Below, piece by piece: positions 17,391 to 27,040 of a stretch of DNA of 64,000 bases. The notes beneath the pieces were generated by a model, which was given only the letters and a program-made list of their open reading frames with translations, did not search any database and was not told where the DNA came from. The position numbers and the translations under genes are program-made. Every line of letters begins with the position of its first letter. Position 1 is the first letter of the stretch. Source of the DNA: Cenarchaeum sp. (GTDB lineage: Archaea > Thermoproteota > Nitrososphaeria > Nitrososphaerales > Nitrosopumilaceae); the NCBI GenBank assembly GCA_965206845.1, contig OZ242221.1, forward strand, positions 1,568,001-1,632,000. The letters run 5' to 3'.

Positions 17391-19595
17391 ATGATTCGGG
17401 ACCTTTACAGATACCTTGCAGCCATTGCAGTCTCCACGGCACTACTTTCTGTCCCTGCCCAGTCATTCCAGCAGGACTCCGTAGTCTCCACGCTGGTGAT
17501 CACGAGAGCCGGACTGGATGTCGGAGAGTCTTTCCTTCAGGACGGCGATGTGGAGAGCGCACGATATGCCGTGGAGTTTGCATCAAGTGTCTTTGCCTCC
17601 GGTCTGCAGGATCTCCGCAGCCACGATCCGGGACTGACAGATCAGATACACCTGGAGCTGCTGGATCTGCCCCTTGCCCTAGCGGGGGACACCGAGCCGG
17701 ACGCGGCTCAGTCTGTCAGCTCCTTGGTGTCCAAGATCGATGGGTACGACATCTCCAAGGACGACTCGGATTCCACCATCGTAGACCTGCTGACCGTGGC
17801 TGACGAGCAGTACGTGCTTGCGGACGACGGTAACGCGCCAGCCTACGAGATCGCAAAGATTCTGTTCCTGGAGTCAAAGCTCATGTTTGAGCATAACGCT
17901 GATCTTGAAGTGATGCTGGATCTGGAGCAGCAGTCCTTCTTTGACGATCTGGAACACTCTGTTGAAAACAGGGACAGCTTCCTGACAGTGGGAACCCTAG
18001 TCAGCGCCATTCAGCGTGACCTTCTTGAGACAGAGACCATCACACACGACCAAGCGGAGCTGTATGACAATATACGCAGTCTCTACGCGCAGCTGCTTGA
18101 GTCTGTCGAGTCCGGGGACTACGGGACGGCAGAGGAGCTGGCAATAGAGGCGTACCTGGATAACTTTGAATACCTTGAACCGACGCTTGAAAAGGCCGAT
18201 GCGGAGTTCATGTATGCCTTGGAGATCAACATGAGGGAGGATCTGAGGAGCATGATAAGGGACATGCAGGATCCCCAAGCAATCCGAGACTTTCTTGAGG
18301 AATCGATCCTTCCCGATCTGGACACCGGCCAGGCAAAGACCATGGCGTACTTGGAGAGCAGCGCGGATGGGACCGCCGCGGCCTTTCAAAGAGATCTCAG
18401 GGAGAGGGGCGACTCCACGGGGGAGCAGCAGGCGGAGGTAAGGGCGGAGATCGACTTTATCAGGGCCACTCTGCAGGAGCTGCTGGCGCACTACGAGGGC
18501 GGCGACTTTGACTCGGCGTATGCCGCCTCCCGGACGGCGTACCTGGACAGCTACGAGTACATCGAGATACCTCTGCGTCCCATCGATCCGGACTTTACGC
18601 TGGAGGTGGAGTACCAGTTTGCCGAGCTCCGCAACCTCATAAAGGGGCAGGCAGGCTATGCCGAGGTACAGGAGGTGGTTATCGCAATAGAGCGGAACCT
18701 TGACGAGTCGGAGCGCCTTGTCACCGGGAGCGGGCAGATTGCCCCGCTGATCGCATTCTTTGCGTCGTTTGCCATCATATTCAGGGAGGGACTGGAGTCT
18801 GTCCTGATCCTGGGGGCCATACTGACGTACCTTGAGGCATCAAGAAACACAAGGCTGAAGCCGTACGTCTACTACGGCATAGCTGCGGGCGTGGCGGCGA
18901 CCGGAGTCACGTGGGTAGTCGCGTCATACGTGATCGAGATCTCCGGCGCAAATCGGGAGCTGATCGAGGCGATCGCAGCCCTGTCTGCCACCGCAGTCCT
19001 GTTCTACGTCAGCTTTTGGATCCTGAACAAGATCGAGCATAAAAAATGGATGGAGTTTGTCAAGGCCAAGGTCTGGCAGGCGACCACGACCGGAAGCGCC
19101 ATGGTCTTTGTCATGCTGGCGTTCTTCACCATATATCGGGAGGGGTTTGAGACGGTGCTGTTCTACCAGGCAATGTTTGGCTTTGCCAAGTATCTGGAAA
19201 CCTTTGTGGGACTGGGCTTTGTCCTCGGCATGGCGTCCCTCCTGGCCATATACTTTGTGATGAGGAGGCTGGGCAGGAGGCTGCCCCTGCGGGCCCTGTT
19301 CGGGCTGACTATGGGCATAGGCGCGTACCTCTCCATTGCGTTTCTGGGCAATGCCGTGCGGGAACTGCAGGTGCTAGACATCGTCCCGTACACCAGCATG
19401 CTGGGCACGGTACCCAGGCTGGACATCAACCTGGCCGCCATGACCGGCATCTACCCCACGCTTGAGACGGTCGTCGCGCAGCTGGTTCTGCTGAGCGTCT
19501 ATCTGTCCGCCTCGACGTACGTACTGATCATGCGGCCCAGGAAGGCAAGACGGCTCGCACAGATGAGGAAGTCAAGGGCGAATGGCGCGGAGTAG
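17391..19595 (+). CDS. FTR1-family high-affinity iron permease with large extracellular N-terminal region
   Basis: REGLE and REGFE motifs in a multi-TM C-terminal domain; N-terminal repeats AYLDNFEYLE and AYLDSYEYIE; ATG 17391 follows TTTAAATA. Confidence 0.92.
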   Translation: MIRDLYRYLAAIAVSTALLSVPAQSFQQDSVVSTLVITRAGLDVGESFLQDGDVESARYAVEFASSVFASGLQDLRSHDPGLTDQIHLELLDLPLALAGDTEPDAAQSVSSLVSKIDGYDISKDDSDSTIVDLLTVADEQYVLADDGNAPAYEIAKILFLESKLMFEHNADLEVMLDLEQQSFFDDLEHSVENRDSFLTVGTLVSAIQRDLLETETITHDQAELYDNIRSLYAQLLESVESGDYGTAEELAIEAYLDNFEYLEPTLEKADAEFMYALEINMREDLRSMIRDMQDPQAIRDFLEESILPDLDTGQAKTMAYLESSADGTAAAFQRDLRERGDSTGEQQAEVRAEIDFIRATLQELLAHYEGGDFDSAYAASRTAYLDSYEYIEIPLRPIDPDFTLEVEYQFAELRNLIKGQAGYAEVQEVVIAIERNLDESERLVTGSGQIAPLIAFFASFAIIFREGLESVLILGAILTYLEASRNTRLKPYVYYGIAAGVAATGVTWVVASYVIEISGANRELIEAIAALSATAVLFYVSFWILNKIEHKKWMEFVKAKVWQATTTGSAMVFVMLAFFTIYREGFETVLFYQAMFGFAKYLETFVGLGFVLGMASLLAIYFVMRRLGRRLPLRALFGLTMGIGAYLSIAFLGNAVRELQVLDIVPYTSMLGTVPRLDINLAAMTGIYPTLETVVAQLVLLSVYLSASTYVLIMRPRKARRLAQMRKSRANGAE

Positions 19596-21699
19596 ACGCG
19601 TCCGGGTGGGAATAGACGTCGGCGGAACCTTCACCAAGGCCGTGGCGATAGATGCCAGAACCGGCTCGGTGATTGCAAAGTCCACGGTGCCGACGACGCA
19701 CGGCTCCGGGAGGGGCGTCTCGGACGGCATAGTCGGGGCCCTTCACAACATCCTTCAGGAGTCCGGCATCGGGCTTGGAGAGATTGAGATAATCTCGCAC
19801 AGCACCACCCAGGCGATCAACGCGCTGCTGGAGTCAGACATACACAAGGTGGGAATCATAGCAATGGGCGTCGGGCCGACAAGGAACGACGTGGTCAAGA
19901 GAACCCGCCTGGACAGCGGCAGGACGGACTCCGGGAAGGATCTGAAGACATGCCACACGTTTCTGGACACCTCGCACCTGATATCCGAAGACGAGGTAAA
20001 GGGCGCCGTGGAGGGGCTCCGCGGAGAGGGCGCGGAGGCCATCGTCGCGACAGAGGCGTTTGGCGTGGACGACCCGTCAAACGAGCTGTTCGCAATGAAC
20101 GTGGCCGCCAAGCTTGGCATGCCCTCAACTGCATCGCACGAGATCTCCGGGATCTACGGACTGGAGATCAGGACGCTGACCTCCGTGATAAATGCCAGCG
20201 TGCTGCCCAAGACGCTCCAGGTGGCGAACTTTGTGGAGGGGGCGATCCGCGGCATGGGCGTGACCTCGCCCCTGATGGTCATGAAGGGCGACGGCGGGGT
20301 TACCAGCATGGACACCTTTAGGACAAAGCCCATTCTGACCATACTCTCCGGCCCGGCAGCCAGCGTTGCGGGGGCCCTGCTGTACCTCAGGATCACAAAT
20401 GGGATCTTTATAGAGGTGGGCGGAACCAGCACGAACATCTGCGTCATCAGGGGGGGCAGGCCCGAGTTTCGCTACGTCACGATAAGGGATCACCCCACCT
20501 GCATCCGCTCCATGGACGTCCGGATAGTCGGCGTTGCGGGCGGGAGCATGGTTACGCTGAGCAAGAACAGGATCTCGACTGTCGGGCCGCGTAGCGCCCA
20601 CATTGCCGGGTTGGCGTACTCGTGCTTTGCCGAGCCGGACGATCTGGAGACCGGCAGGATTGTCATGATCAGGCCAAAACCGGGAGATGGGGAGTACGTG
20701 TCCATAAGGTGCGACGGGGGCACCTACGCCATCACAAACACCTGCGCCGCAAACGCGCTGGGAATGGTGGAAGAGGGGGACTACTCGTTCGCAAACAGGG
20801 AGTCGGCCAAGATCGCCATGAGGAAGCTGGGGGAGGTGCTTCACGTCTCATACTTTGAGGCCGCGCAGTCCATAATCCAGACCTCCTCGTTTGAGATTAC
20901 AAAGACCGTCACCAAGATTCTCAGGGACTTTAAAATGGACTCGACCACAGAGATCATCGGAGGCGGTGGGGGCGCGTCGGTCCTGGTGCCGTTTGTGGCC
21001 AAGCAGATGGGGGCGCCATACCGCAAGGCAGAGCATGCCGAGGTCATCTCGTCAATCGGCGTGGCCTCGTCCATGCTGCAGGAAGAGCAGGAGGTGTCGA
21101 TGGTTGATCCCACGCCTGAAAAGATCTCCCGCGAGCACAAAAAGGTTCATGCAGTACTGGTGGACAAGGGAGCGATCCCGGAGTCGGTGATGATCGACAG
21201 CAAGTTCTTTCCGGACAAGGCGATCCTTCGGATAACTGCGGTCGGAAACGTCGAGCTGGACGGCGACGCGGCCTCAAGGAGCGTCTTTACGCAGGACGAG
21301 GCAAGGCAGCGGGCCTCTGAGATCATCGGGACGGATCCTGACCTGGTCGATCTCGTCTTCAAGTCAAACCACTACTTTGTGTTTGACGGGCGTGTCACGG
21401 AGAGGCGCTTGCTTGGCAAAAGAGACAGGCACCGAATTGTGGCGCTTGACATGTTTGGCAGGCCAAAGATCTCGATAGGAAATGGGAAGATCTTCAGTGG
21501 GAACCGGGCATCCGTTGTCGGCGCCTTGGACAGGTTTTTTGACTCGAAGCATTTTGACATCATGCCGGGGGTCTACCTCATAAACAGCCTGAAGATGATG
21601 GACTTCTCTGGCCTCACATCCAGGTCCCACATCCTGACCGCTGTAAGCGGCGAGCTTGCAGAGGGCGAGGACGGGATGGTCGTAGTGGACATGTCATAG
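19582..21699 (+). CDS. Hydantoinase/oxoprolinase (HyuA-like, ASKHA fold) family protein
   Basis: GIDVGGTFT, HSTT.A.NALLE, MK.DGG, LSGPAASVAGA, EVGGTST, GGGG. Confidence 0.88.
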   Translation: MARSRRVRVGIDVGGTFTKAVAIDARTGSVIAKSTVPTTHGSGRGVSDGIVGALHNILQESGIGLGEIEIISHSTTQAINALLESDIHKVGIIAMGVGPTRNDVVKRTRLDSGRTDSGKDLKTCHTFLDTSHLISEDEVKGAVEGLRGEGAEAIVATEAFGVDDPSNELFAMNVAAKLGMPSTASHEISGIYGLEIRTLTSVINASVLPKTLQVANFVEGAIRGMGVTSPLMVMKGDGGVTSMDTFRTKPILTILSGPAASVAGALLYLRITNGIFIEVGGTSTNICVIRGGRPEFRYVTIRDHPTCIRSMDVRIVGVAGGSMVTLSKNRISTVGPRSAHIAGLAYSCFAEPDDLETGRIVMIRPKPGDGEYVSIRCDGGTYAITNTCAANALGMVEEGDYSFANRESAKIAMRKLGEVLHVSYFEAAQSIIQTSSFEITKTVTKILRDFKMDSTTEIIGGGGGASVLVPFVAKQMGAPYRKAEHAEVISSIGVASSMLQEEQEVSMVDPTPEKISREHKKVHAVLVDKGAIPESVMIDSKFFPDKAILRITAVGNVELDGDAASRSVFTQDEARQRASEIIGTDPDLVDLVFKSNHYFVFDGRVTERRLLGKRDRHRIVALDMFGRPKISIGNGKIFSGNRASVVGALDRFFDSKHFDIMPGVYLINSLKMMDFSGLTSRSHILTAVSGELAEGEDGMVVVDMS

Positions 21700-21886
21700 C
21701 GGAGCCGCGATCCGGAACGCGCATGCCTCGGCCGGCGCGCCACTGCGACCCCTGATCATTCCCACGCCAGCGGCCCGTGGCTCTGGGACAGGCGCTCCCG
21801 CATCCGTGCTGCCCCGGTCGTCGTCCTGCGGCATACGAGCCCAGGTACGGTGGCTCTGTCAGCATGCGTGCCGTGGGTGCGCGCAG

Positions 21887-22390
21887 TCAGCCTTTGACCT
21901 CAAATGGCACCGCACAGTCCTCAAGGCAGACCTCGGTTCTTGTCTTGTCGCCGAGCAGGCGGATCACGCCGTCGTAATTGCACGAGCAGCCTGCCGGTGG
22001 CATCTCGTCCCCCCACACTTTGAAGAACTCTCTGAGCTTTCTGCTCTCATACCTGTCCTGTCCTACCCGCTTCTTTGCAAGAAACTTGAACGCCAGCACC
22101 ACGCGCCTCTTCTGGTATATGTCAAAGGTCTCGGTCCACCTTCTGCATCCCCATATCTGGTCTGCGGGAACATAAAGCGACTGCGATGCTCCGGACTTGG
22201 CCTCGATCACAAAGAGGGAGCTCTCGGCCGTGTTTACCGCAAGCACATCGGGCAGTGCCATGCTGGGCGAGCCCAGGCGGAAGGCGCTCCAGCCCGCGGC
22301 TCCCTTGAACCTCTTTACGATCGTATCCTCCCAGTTGTAGCCCCGTCTTCTCCTGGTGCGGGAGATCCTCTTGTTGTCCTTTGGCATCAT
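21887..22390 (-). CDS. Archaeal Holliday-junction resolvase (Hjc-like PD-(D/E)xK nuclease)
   Basis: RRG..WE, F.....S...PDVLA, IEAKS, LAFKF. Confidence 0.8.
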   Translation of the reverse strand: MMPKDNKRISRTRRRRGYNWEDTIVKRFKGAAGWSAFRLGSPSMALPDVLAVNTAESSLFVIEAKSGASQSLYVPADQIWGCRRWTETFDIYQKRRVVLAFKFLAKKRVGQDRYESRKLREFFKVWGDEMPPAGCSCNYDGVIRLLGDKTRTEVCLEDCAVPFEVKG

Positions 22391-22652
22391 ACGCGACTGT
22401 TGGCGCACCTACATATTTTACAAGCGATGTGTGCGGATTGGCGTGGGCAGTGCGCGTTCAGATCCTGCCCCTGCCGGGCACCTGCGGAAGCCTGCTTGAG
22501 GCGCGGACGGACAGATGCCCAAAGCATGCTACGGGCATGGCGCCGGCCAGGCGCGGCAGCAGCTTGCAAAAAATGGTTTTGCTAGCTTGACGGAGGGGGT
22601 GTTTCTCTGCGTCAACCGTCAGTGGACGGATATGGATTGCGATTTCGAGGGA

Positions 22653-22985
22653 TCATGCATCGTCTTGTTCCTCTGCAACCACACCTGCAAAGAATCTGCA
22701 GCCGGAGCCATCTTCTTCCATCCTTTCAAGCCGGACTGCCTGGCCGACTGTGGGAGCCGCATCGGCATCAAGGGCGCACATCAGGCGGACTCCGCCCTCA
22801 AACTCTGCCACGCAAAGGTACCGGCTGCCGTCCTGCGCGTATTCCAGAATTCTGCCGCGGCCTGCCATGTCGCGCCGCACCGTCCTGTGCAGGCAATGGG
22901 GGCAATGCCTGACCGGGGGCCACATGGCGCGGCCGCATCCGGGACAGCCGGCCACCTGCAGTATGGCATCGTCCACGAACATCAC
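22653..22985 (-). CDS. Zn-ribbon/OB-fold protein (DUF35)
   Basis: CPGCG...WPP...CPHC followed by an OB fold; coupled to the thiolase gene. Confidence 0.85.
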   Translation of the reverse strand: MMFVDDAILQVAGCPGCGRAMWPPVRHCPHCLHRTVRRDMAGRGRILEYAQDGSRYLCVAEFEGGVRLMCALDADAAPTVGQAVRLERMEEDGSGCRFFAGVVAEEQDDA

Positions 22986-24082
22986 GCCTCCAGGATTATC
23001 ACCGACGACGACGTTGCGGCAGCGGACATGTTCTGGACCAAGCCGATCCTGGCCCCCGGCACCTGCCTCCTGCCGGCGCCTGCCTGCAGCTGGCAGAAGA
23101 TCTCCGCCGTCTGGGCAACGCCCGTGGCGCCCAGCGGGTGGCCGGAGCCGATGATGCCGCCCCGCGGGTTTATCATCCGATCCCCGGTGCCGTACATCTC
23201 CTCTGAGAGGTGCGCCCCCTTGCCGGCCTCTGCAATCCCCAGTGCCTCCAGAGCCATGGGCTCACACACCGCAAAGGCGTCGTGGACCTCGGCCACGTCC
23301 ACGTCAGACGGCCCTATGCCGGCAGACGCGTAGGCCGCTCTGGCCGATGCGGCGACGGTGGGCATCTCGCAAAAGCTGCCGCTCTTGACAAAGCTGGCAG
23401 AGTCTGTTTGCTGGCCGATGCCTGCCACCCCTACGGCATCCTGCGATCCCGGCAGCGTTCCGTCCGTGATCAGCACGGCTGACGCGCCGGTGCATGTGCG
23501 GGAGCACTCCAGCAGCCTCAGGTCGTCAGTAACCCTTCGGGACTCGAGAACCTCCAGGACCGTATAGGCGCGTCCCCGGCAGGCATGCGGGTTGTCCTGG
23601 GCATTCCTGTAGTTCTTGGCCGGGACCGCGGCCAGCACCTCTGGGGCGATGCCGAACCGTCTCCGGTAGGACGATGTGAGTATCGACCCCCAGAAGATTG
23701 GGCGCACAAACTCCCCCCGGGCGGTGTCCCAGTCCAGAACGCGGCCGGGGCCGGCAAGCCGGTCCCCGCCCACAACCAGTACGGATCTTGCGAGTCCGGA
23801 CATGACATACGATATGCCCGATATGATCGAGCTTGCGCCGGAGCTGCAGAGATTCTCCACCGTGTGCGATATCCTGGGCCGGATTCCACACATCTCTGCG
23901 AGTATGGCAGAGAGGTACCTTCCGCCATCGTTTGTGGATACCAGCACCGCGTCGACCTGATCCCTGGACACCGCGGGATTCCTCTCAAAGAGATCCCGGG
24001 CTGCCTCTGCCAGCACATCCTGAATCGGCGCGTCCTCTGTGACAAAGTCCGTGCCTCCGCAGGCGGCGATCGATGCCTTCAC
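22982..24082 (-). CDS. Thiolase-family protein (archaeal acetyl-CoA acyltransferase / SCP2-like)
   Basis: VEN.C.SG, LLECS...GA.A, AEVHD.F, NP.GG..G.GHP.GATG; GTG overlaps the upstream stop. Confidence 0.9.
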   Translation of the reverse strand: MKASIAACGGTDFVTEDAPIQDVLAEAARDLFERNPAVSRDQVDAVLVSTNDGGRYLSAILAEMCGIRPRISHTVENLCSSGASSIISGISYVMSGLARSVLVVGGDRLAGPGRVLDWDTARGEFVRPIFWGSILTSSYRRRFGIAPEVLAAVPAKNYRNAQDNPHACRGRAYTVLEVLESRRVTDDLRLLECSRTCTGASAVLITDGTLPGSQDAVGVAGIGQQTDSASFVKSGSFCEMPTVAASARAAYASAGIGPSDVDVAEVHDAFAVCEPMALEALGIAEAGKGAHLSEEMYGTGDRMINPRGGIIGSGHPLGATGVAQTAEIFCQLQAGAGRRQVPGARIGLVQNMSAAATSSSVIILEA

Positions 24083-25074
24083 CGCGGCTCCCCCAAAAAC
24101 GTCCTGGCCGCAAGCTCCATGGACTCGGGCACGTCGCCCACTGGGTTGAACTGGACTATGGGAAGATCGACTCCTGCATCTGCAAACGCCTGCATCTTTT
24201 TTGTGCACTCGTCGGGGGTTCCGCAGACCGTCAGGGAGTCAAGCATGCGGTCGGTGACCAGGCCGGCAATCCGGCCCAGTCCGGACCTCCTGTGCTCCTC
24301 CAGTATGCTCTCCGTCTCTTCCCGGAACCCGTTTGCCGCAAGGAACCTGCGGTATATGGAGCCTACCGCCACGTAGAACGCCAGTGTGGTCCTGGCGCGG
24401 CTCCTGGCCTTCTCCGGATCCAGAGACACCGCAGTTATCAGCTGGCAGCACACCCTGATCCTCCTTCTGGATTGCATCTTTGGGATGGTCCTCCTCATCT
24501 CGTCTATGGGCCGGAGGTACAGTATCGTCCCGTCTGCCTTCTCCCATGCCAGATCAACCATTCCCCGGTTTACTGCGGCCACGTATATTGGAATCCGCTC
24601 CCTGTGTGGAGGCACAAGCAGGCGAAAGCCCTTCAGCCGGAAGAGCCTGCCGTTGTGATCTATCTTCTGTCCCGAAGTGGCCATCCGGATGACATCGATG
24701 TACTCCCGCATCCGCTCAAGCGGGAGCTCAAAGGCTGCGCCGTGCAAGTCGCTCACTATGGGCGGGCTGCTGGTTCCAAGTCCCAGAATGAGCCTGCCTC
24801 CAGAGATCACATCAACGGTTGCCGCCCCCATGGCGACCAGGGACGGGCTCCTGGAGTATATGTTTATGATCGAGGAGCCGATCTGCGGGCCCGGCAGAAC
24901 CCGCGATACCGCTGCCAGCATGGCAAAGTTCTCCATGCCCCACGTCTCCGGAATCCATACAGAGTCAGGCCTGTACCGTGCAAGAATGCGCGAACACTCC
25001 AGCACCTGCTCTACTCTGAGCAGTGAGCCCAGGCTGTACCCTGTTTGTATGATCGATCTCTCCTGTTTTACCAA
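24079..25074 (-). CDS. LLM-class (probably F420-dependent) oxidoreductase
   Basis: SVW.PE.WG, I.NIYSRSP...AM.AATVD.ISGGR..LGLG, IP.Y.AA. Start position approximate. Confidence 0.88.
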   Translation of the reverse strand: MVKQERSIIQTGYSLGSLLRVEQVLECSRILARYRPDSVWIPETWGMENFAMLAAVSRVLPGPQIGSSIINIYSRSPSLVAMGAATVDVISGGRLILGLGTSSPPIVSDLHGAAFELPLERMREYIDVIRMATSGQKIDHNGRLFRLKGFRLLVPPHRERIPIYVAAVNRGMVDLAWEKADGTILYLRPIDEMRRTIPKMQSRRRIRVCCQLITAVSLDPEKARSRARTTLAFYVAVGSIYRRFLAANGFREETESILEEHRRSGLGRIAGLVTDRMLDSLTVCGTPDECTKKMQAFADAGVDLPIVQFNPVGDVPESMELAARTFLGEPR

Positions 25075-25129
25075 AGAGTAAAAGATCCTTGAGGTATATG
25101 ATTATTCCCAATGTGCTGCATTGAGAGCC

Positions 25130-25270
25130 ATGGAGATCAATGCAGAGCAGTACGGCCCGGACGAGTTCTGGGGTCACGCAGCAAGGTACGCAGGCATGTC
25201 CCCTGAGGATCATCCCTTTGCCGAGGAGATCTCCTACATGATGGTTACGCTGTACAGAACAGGGGCCTGA
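25130..25270 (+). CDS. Possible small hypothetical protein (46 aa)
   Basis: MEINAEQYGPDEFWGHAARYAGMSPEDHPFAEEISYMMVTLYRTGA fills the gap and has host-like codons; no recognised motif. Confidence 0.35.
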   Translation: MEINAEQYGPDEFWGHAARYAGMSPEDHPFAEEISYMMVTLYRTGA

Positions 25271-25933
25271 TCACATCCGCATGCCCTTGGCGCACTCGTC
25301 CATGTCCTTGTGGGAGTCGATCGAGTGCCAGAACACGTCATGAAACCGCTCCAGAAAGAGCCTGCCGCTCCTGGCATACTCTGGAAAGACGGTCTTCTCG
25401 ATGTCCCCCCTGGCAGGCAGATCCTCCAGTATGTCTGCTGACAGGTGGTACACCCCGGCGTTCATCCAGATGCCGTCGATTACCTGCTTCTCAAGAAAGT
25501 CAGTCACCCGGGAGCCATCGGTGTCCAGCACGCCGAACTTTGTCCGCAGCTGGATGGCGGCTATGCAGTTGGCCCTCTTTTGCAGCCTCAGGATGTCGAT
25601 GTCCGTGATGACGTCGCCGTTGATTACGACAAACGAGTCACCGGTGATCATCGGGGCCGCCTTTCTTATGGCCCCGCCGGTGCCCAGCGGCTCCTCCTCT
25701 GCGGAGTACCTGATGCGGATATCGCAGTCGCCCTTGCCGCGAAGAAAGTTCTCTATCTGCCTGCTCCTGTACCCCGAGGATATGATCACGTCTGCGATGC
25801 CGGCCCCCTTGAGGTATGCCAGCTGCCACTCGATGATGGGCCGGTTGTTTATGGGAACCAGCGGCTTTGGCACCAGGTCGGTTATCGGCCTGAGGCGCGT
25901 TCCCCTGCCGCCTGCCAGGATGACTGCCTGCAT
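25271..25933 (-). CDS. Sugar-phosphate nucleotidyltransferase
   Basis: AVILAGGRGTRLRPIT...PKPL, EEEPLGTGGA, NGD. Confidence 0.92.
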   Translation of the reverse strand: MQAVILAGGRGTRLRPITDLVPKPLVPINNRPIIEWQLAYLKGAGIADVIISSGYRSRQIENFLRGKGDCDIRIRYSAEEEPLGTGGAIRKAAPMITGDSFVVINGDVITDIDILRLQKRANCIAAIQLRTKFGVLDTDGSRVTDFLEKQVIDGIWMNAGVYHLSADILEDLPARGDIEKTVFPEYARSGRLFLERFHDVFWHSIDSHKDMDECAKGMRM

Positions 25934-25977
25934 GACATGGGTGCGCCCTGCATGGATTCAAACATATCGGATGTGCC

Positions 25978-26502
25978 CTATGTCAGATCAAGCGCTGCCA
26001 GCCCATAGTACCCGGCCAGAATGAGCGCCGTGCTCCAGACGCAGGAGCCAAGAAACGTGTACAGCAGAAACTTTGACAGCCTCATGCGCAGCAGGCCTGC
26101 GGGGATCGAGATCATCTCCCTTACGGCGGGCACCATCCTTCCGAGAAGGACCGCCTTGTCGCCGTGCCTCCCAAACCAGGCCTCTGCCCGGGCCAGCTTT
26201 GACTCGTCTATCCGGGCAAACCGGAGGTACCGCAGGAGCACGATCCTTCCCAGCTTCCAGGCGATCAAAAACAGGACCGTGGAGCCGATGGTGGCGCCAG
26301 CCCCGCCTGTTACCCCAAGCAGAATCACAGAGGCCGGATCCATGCCGGCCTGTGATGCCAGGTACCCCGCCAGGGGAAAGATCGCCAGGCTCGGAATCAG
26401 CGGAAATACGGTCTCGGCCAGGGACGTAAGAAAGACGCCTAGGAATATGTGCTCAGATATAAGATCGACAAACGACTGCATAAACTCGTCTGCGGCGCTC
26501 AA
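25978..26502 (-). CDS. DedA-family membrane protein
   Basis: E..FP.IPS....LAGY, GA..GS, WF.RHG..AV..GR..P..R..ISIPAG. Start is TTG 26502 or ATG 26481. Confidence 0.9.
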   Translation of the reverse strand: MSAADEFMQSFVDLISEHIFLGVFLTSLAETVFPLIPSLAIFPLAGYLASQAGMDPASVILLGVTGGAGATIGSTVLFLIAWKLGRIVLLRYLRFARIDESKLARAEAWFGRHGDKAVLLGRMVPAVREMISIPAGLLRMRLSKFLLYTFLGSCVWSTALILAGYYGLAALDLT

Positions 26503-26575
26503 AATGGCTCTGTCCGGTTCGGTGTGGCGCCCATTACAGTCACGTATGCACTCTTCACGAACATGCACCTGCCGG

Positions 26576-26986
26576 CTAGGCTCTCTTTATCTTGACTGCG
26601 CCCAAGGCTACGATGAATATGCCCGCTGCCAGGATCGGAGCCGCCTCGGCCAGCAGATCCCGCTTGTCTTCCTGCGGCGCGTCCGTGCCAGACTCCATCG
26701 CGTCGGCATCCGGGCTGCCGGCTAGCACTACTGCCCCGCCTATGATGATCATTACTCCGGCAATCAGGATCATGGCTCCCAGCGGCCTTGATGGCTCGTT
26801 TCTGGAGATGAAGAACGCCACTATTGGAAGCACGATGGAGGCGCCGCCAAGGCCCAGTCCGCGGATCATGTGATCAAACGGCAGAAAGCCGTCGCCGCCT
26901 CCCTGGATTGCGACCACATCGGCACCATATATTGAGAGCAGGACTATCGAGATTCCCGCAAGAACCAGTGCTGCTGCCAGTGCCAT
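26576..26986 (-). CDS. Four-TM hypothetical membrane protein
   Basis: Four hydrophobic segments; TTTATAA box upstream. Confidence 0.75.
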   Translation of the reverse strand: MALAAALVLAGISIVLLSIYGADVVAIQGGGDGFLPFDHMIRGLGLGGASIVLPIVAFFISRNEPSRPLGAMILIAGVMIIIGGAVVLAGSPDADAMESGTDAPQEDKRDLLAEAAPILAAGIFIVALGAVKIKRA

Positions 26987-27040
26987 GGTGTGTGGTGTTT
27001 TGCGTCCGGTTATAAATCGATTGAGCGGCCGGCCCGGGGA

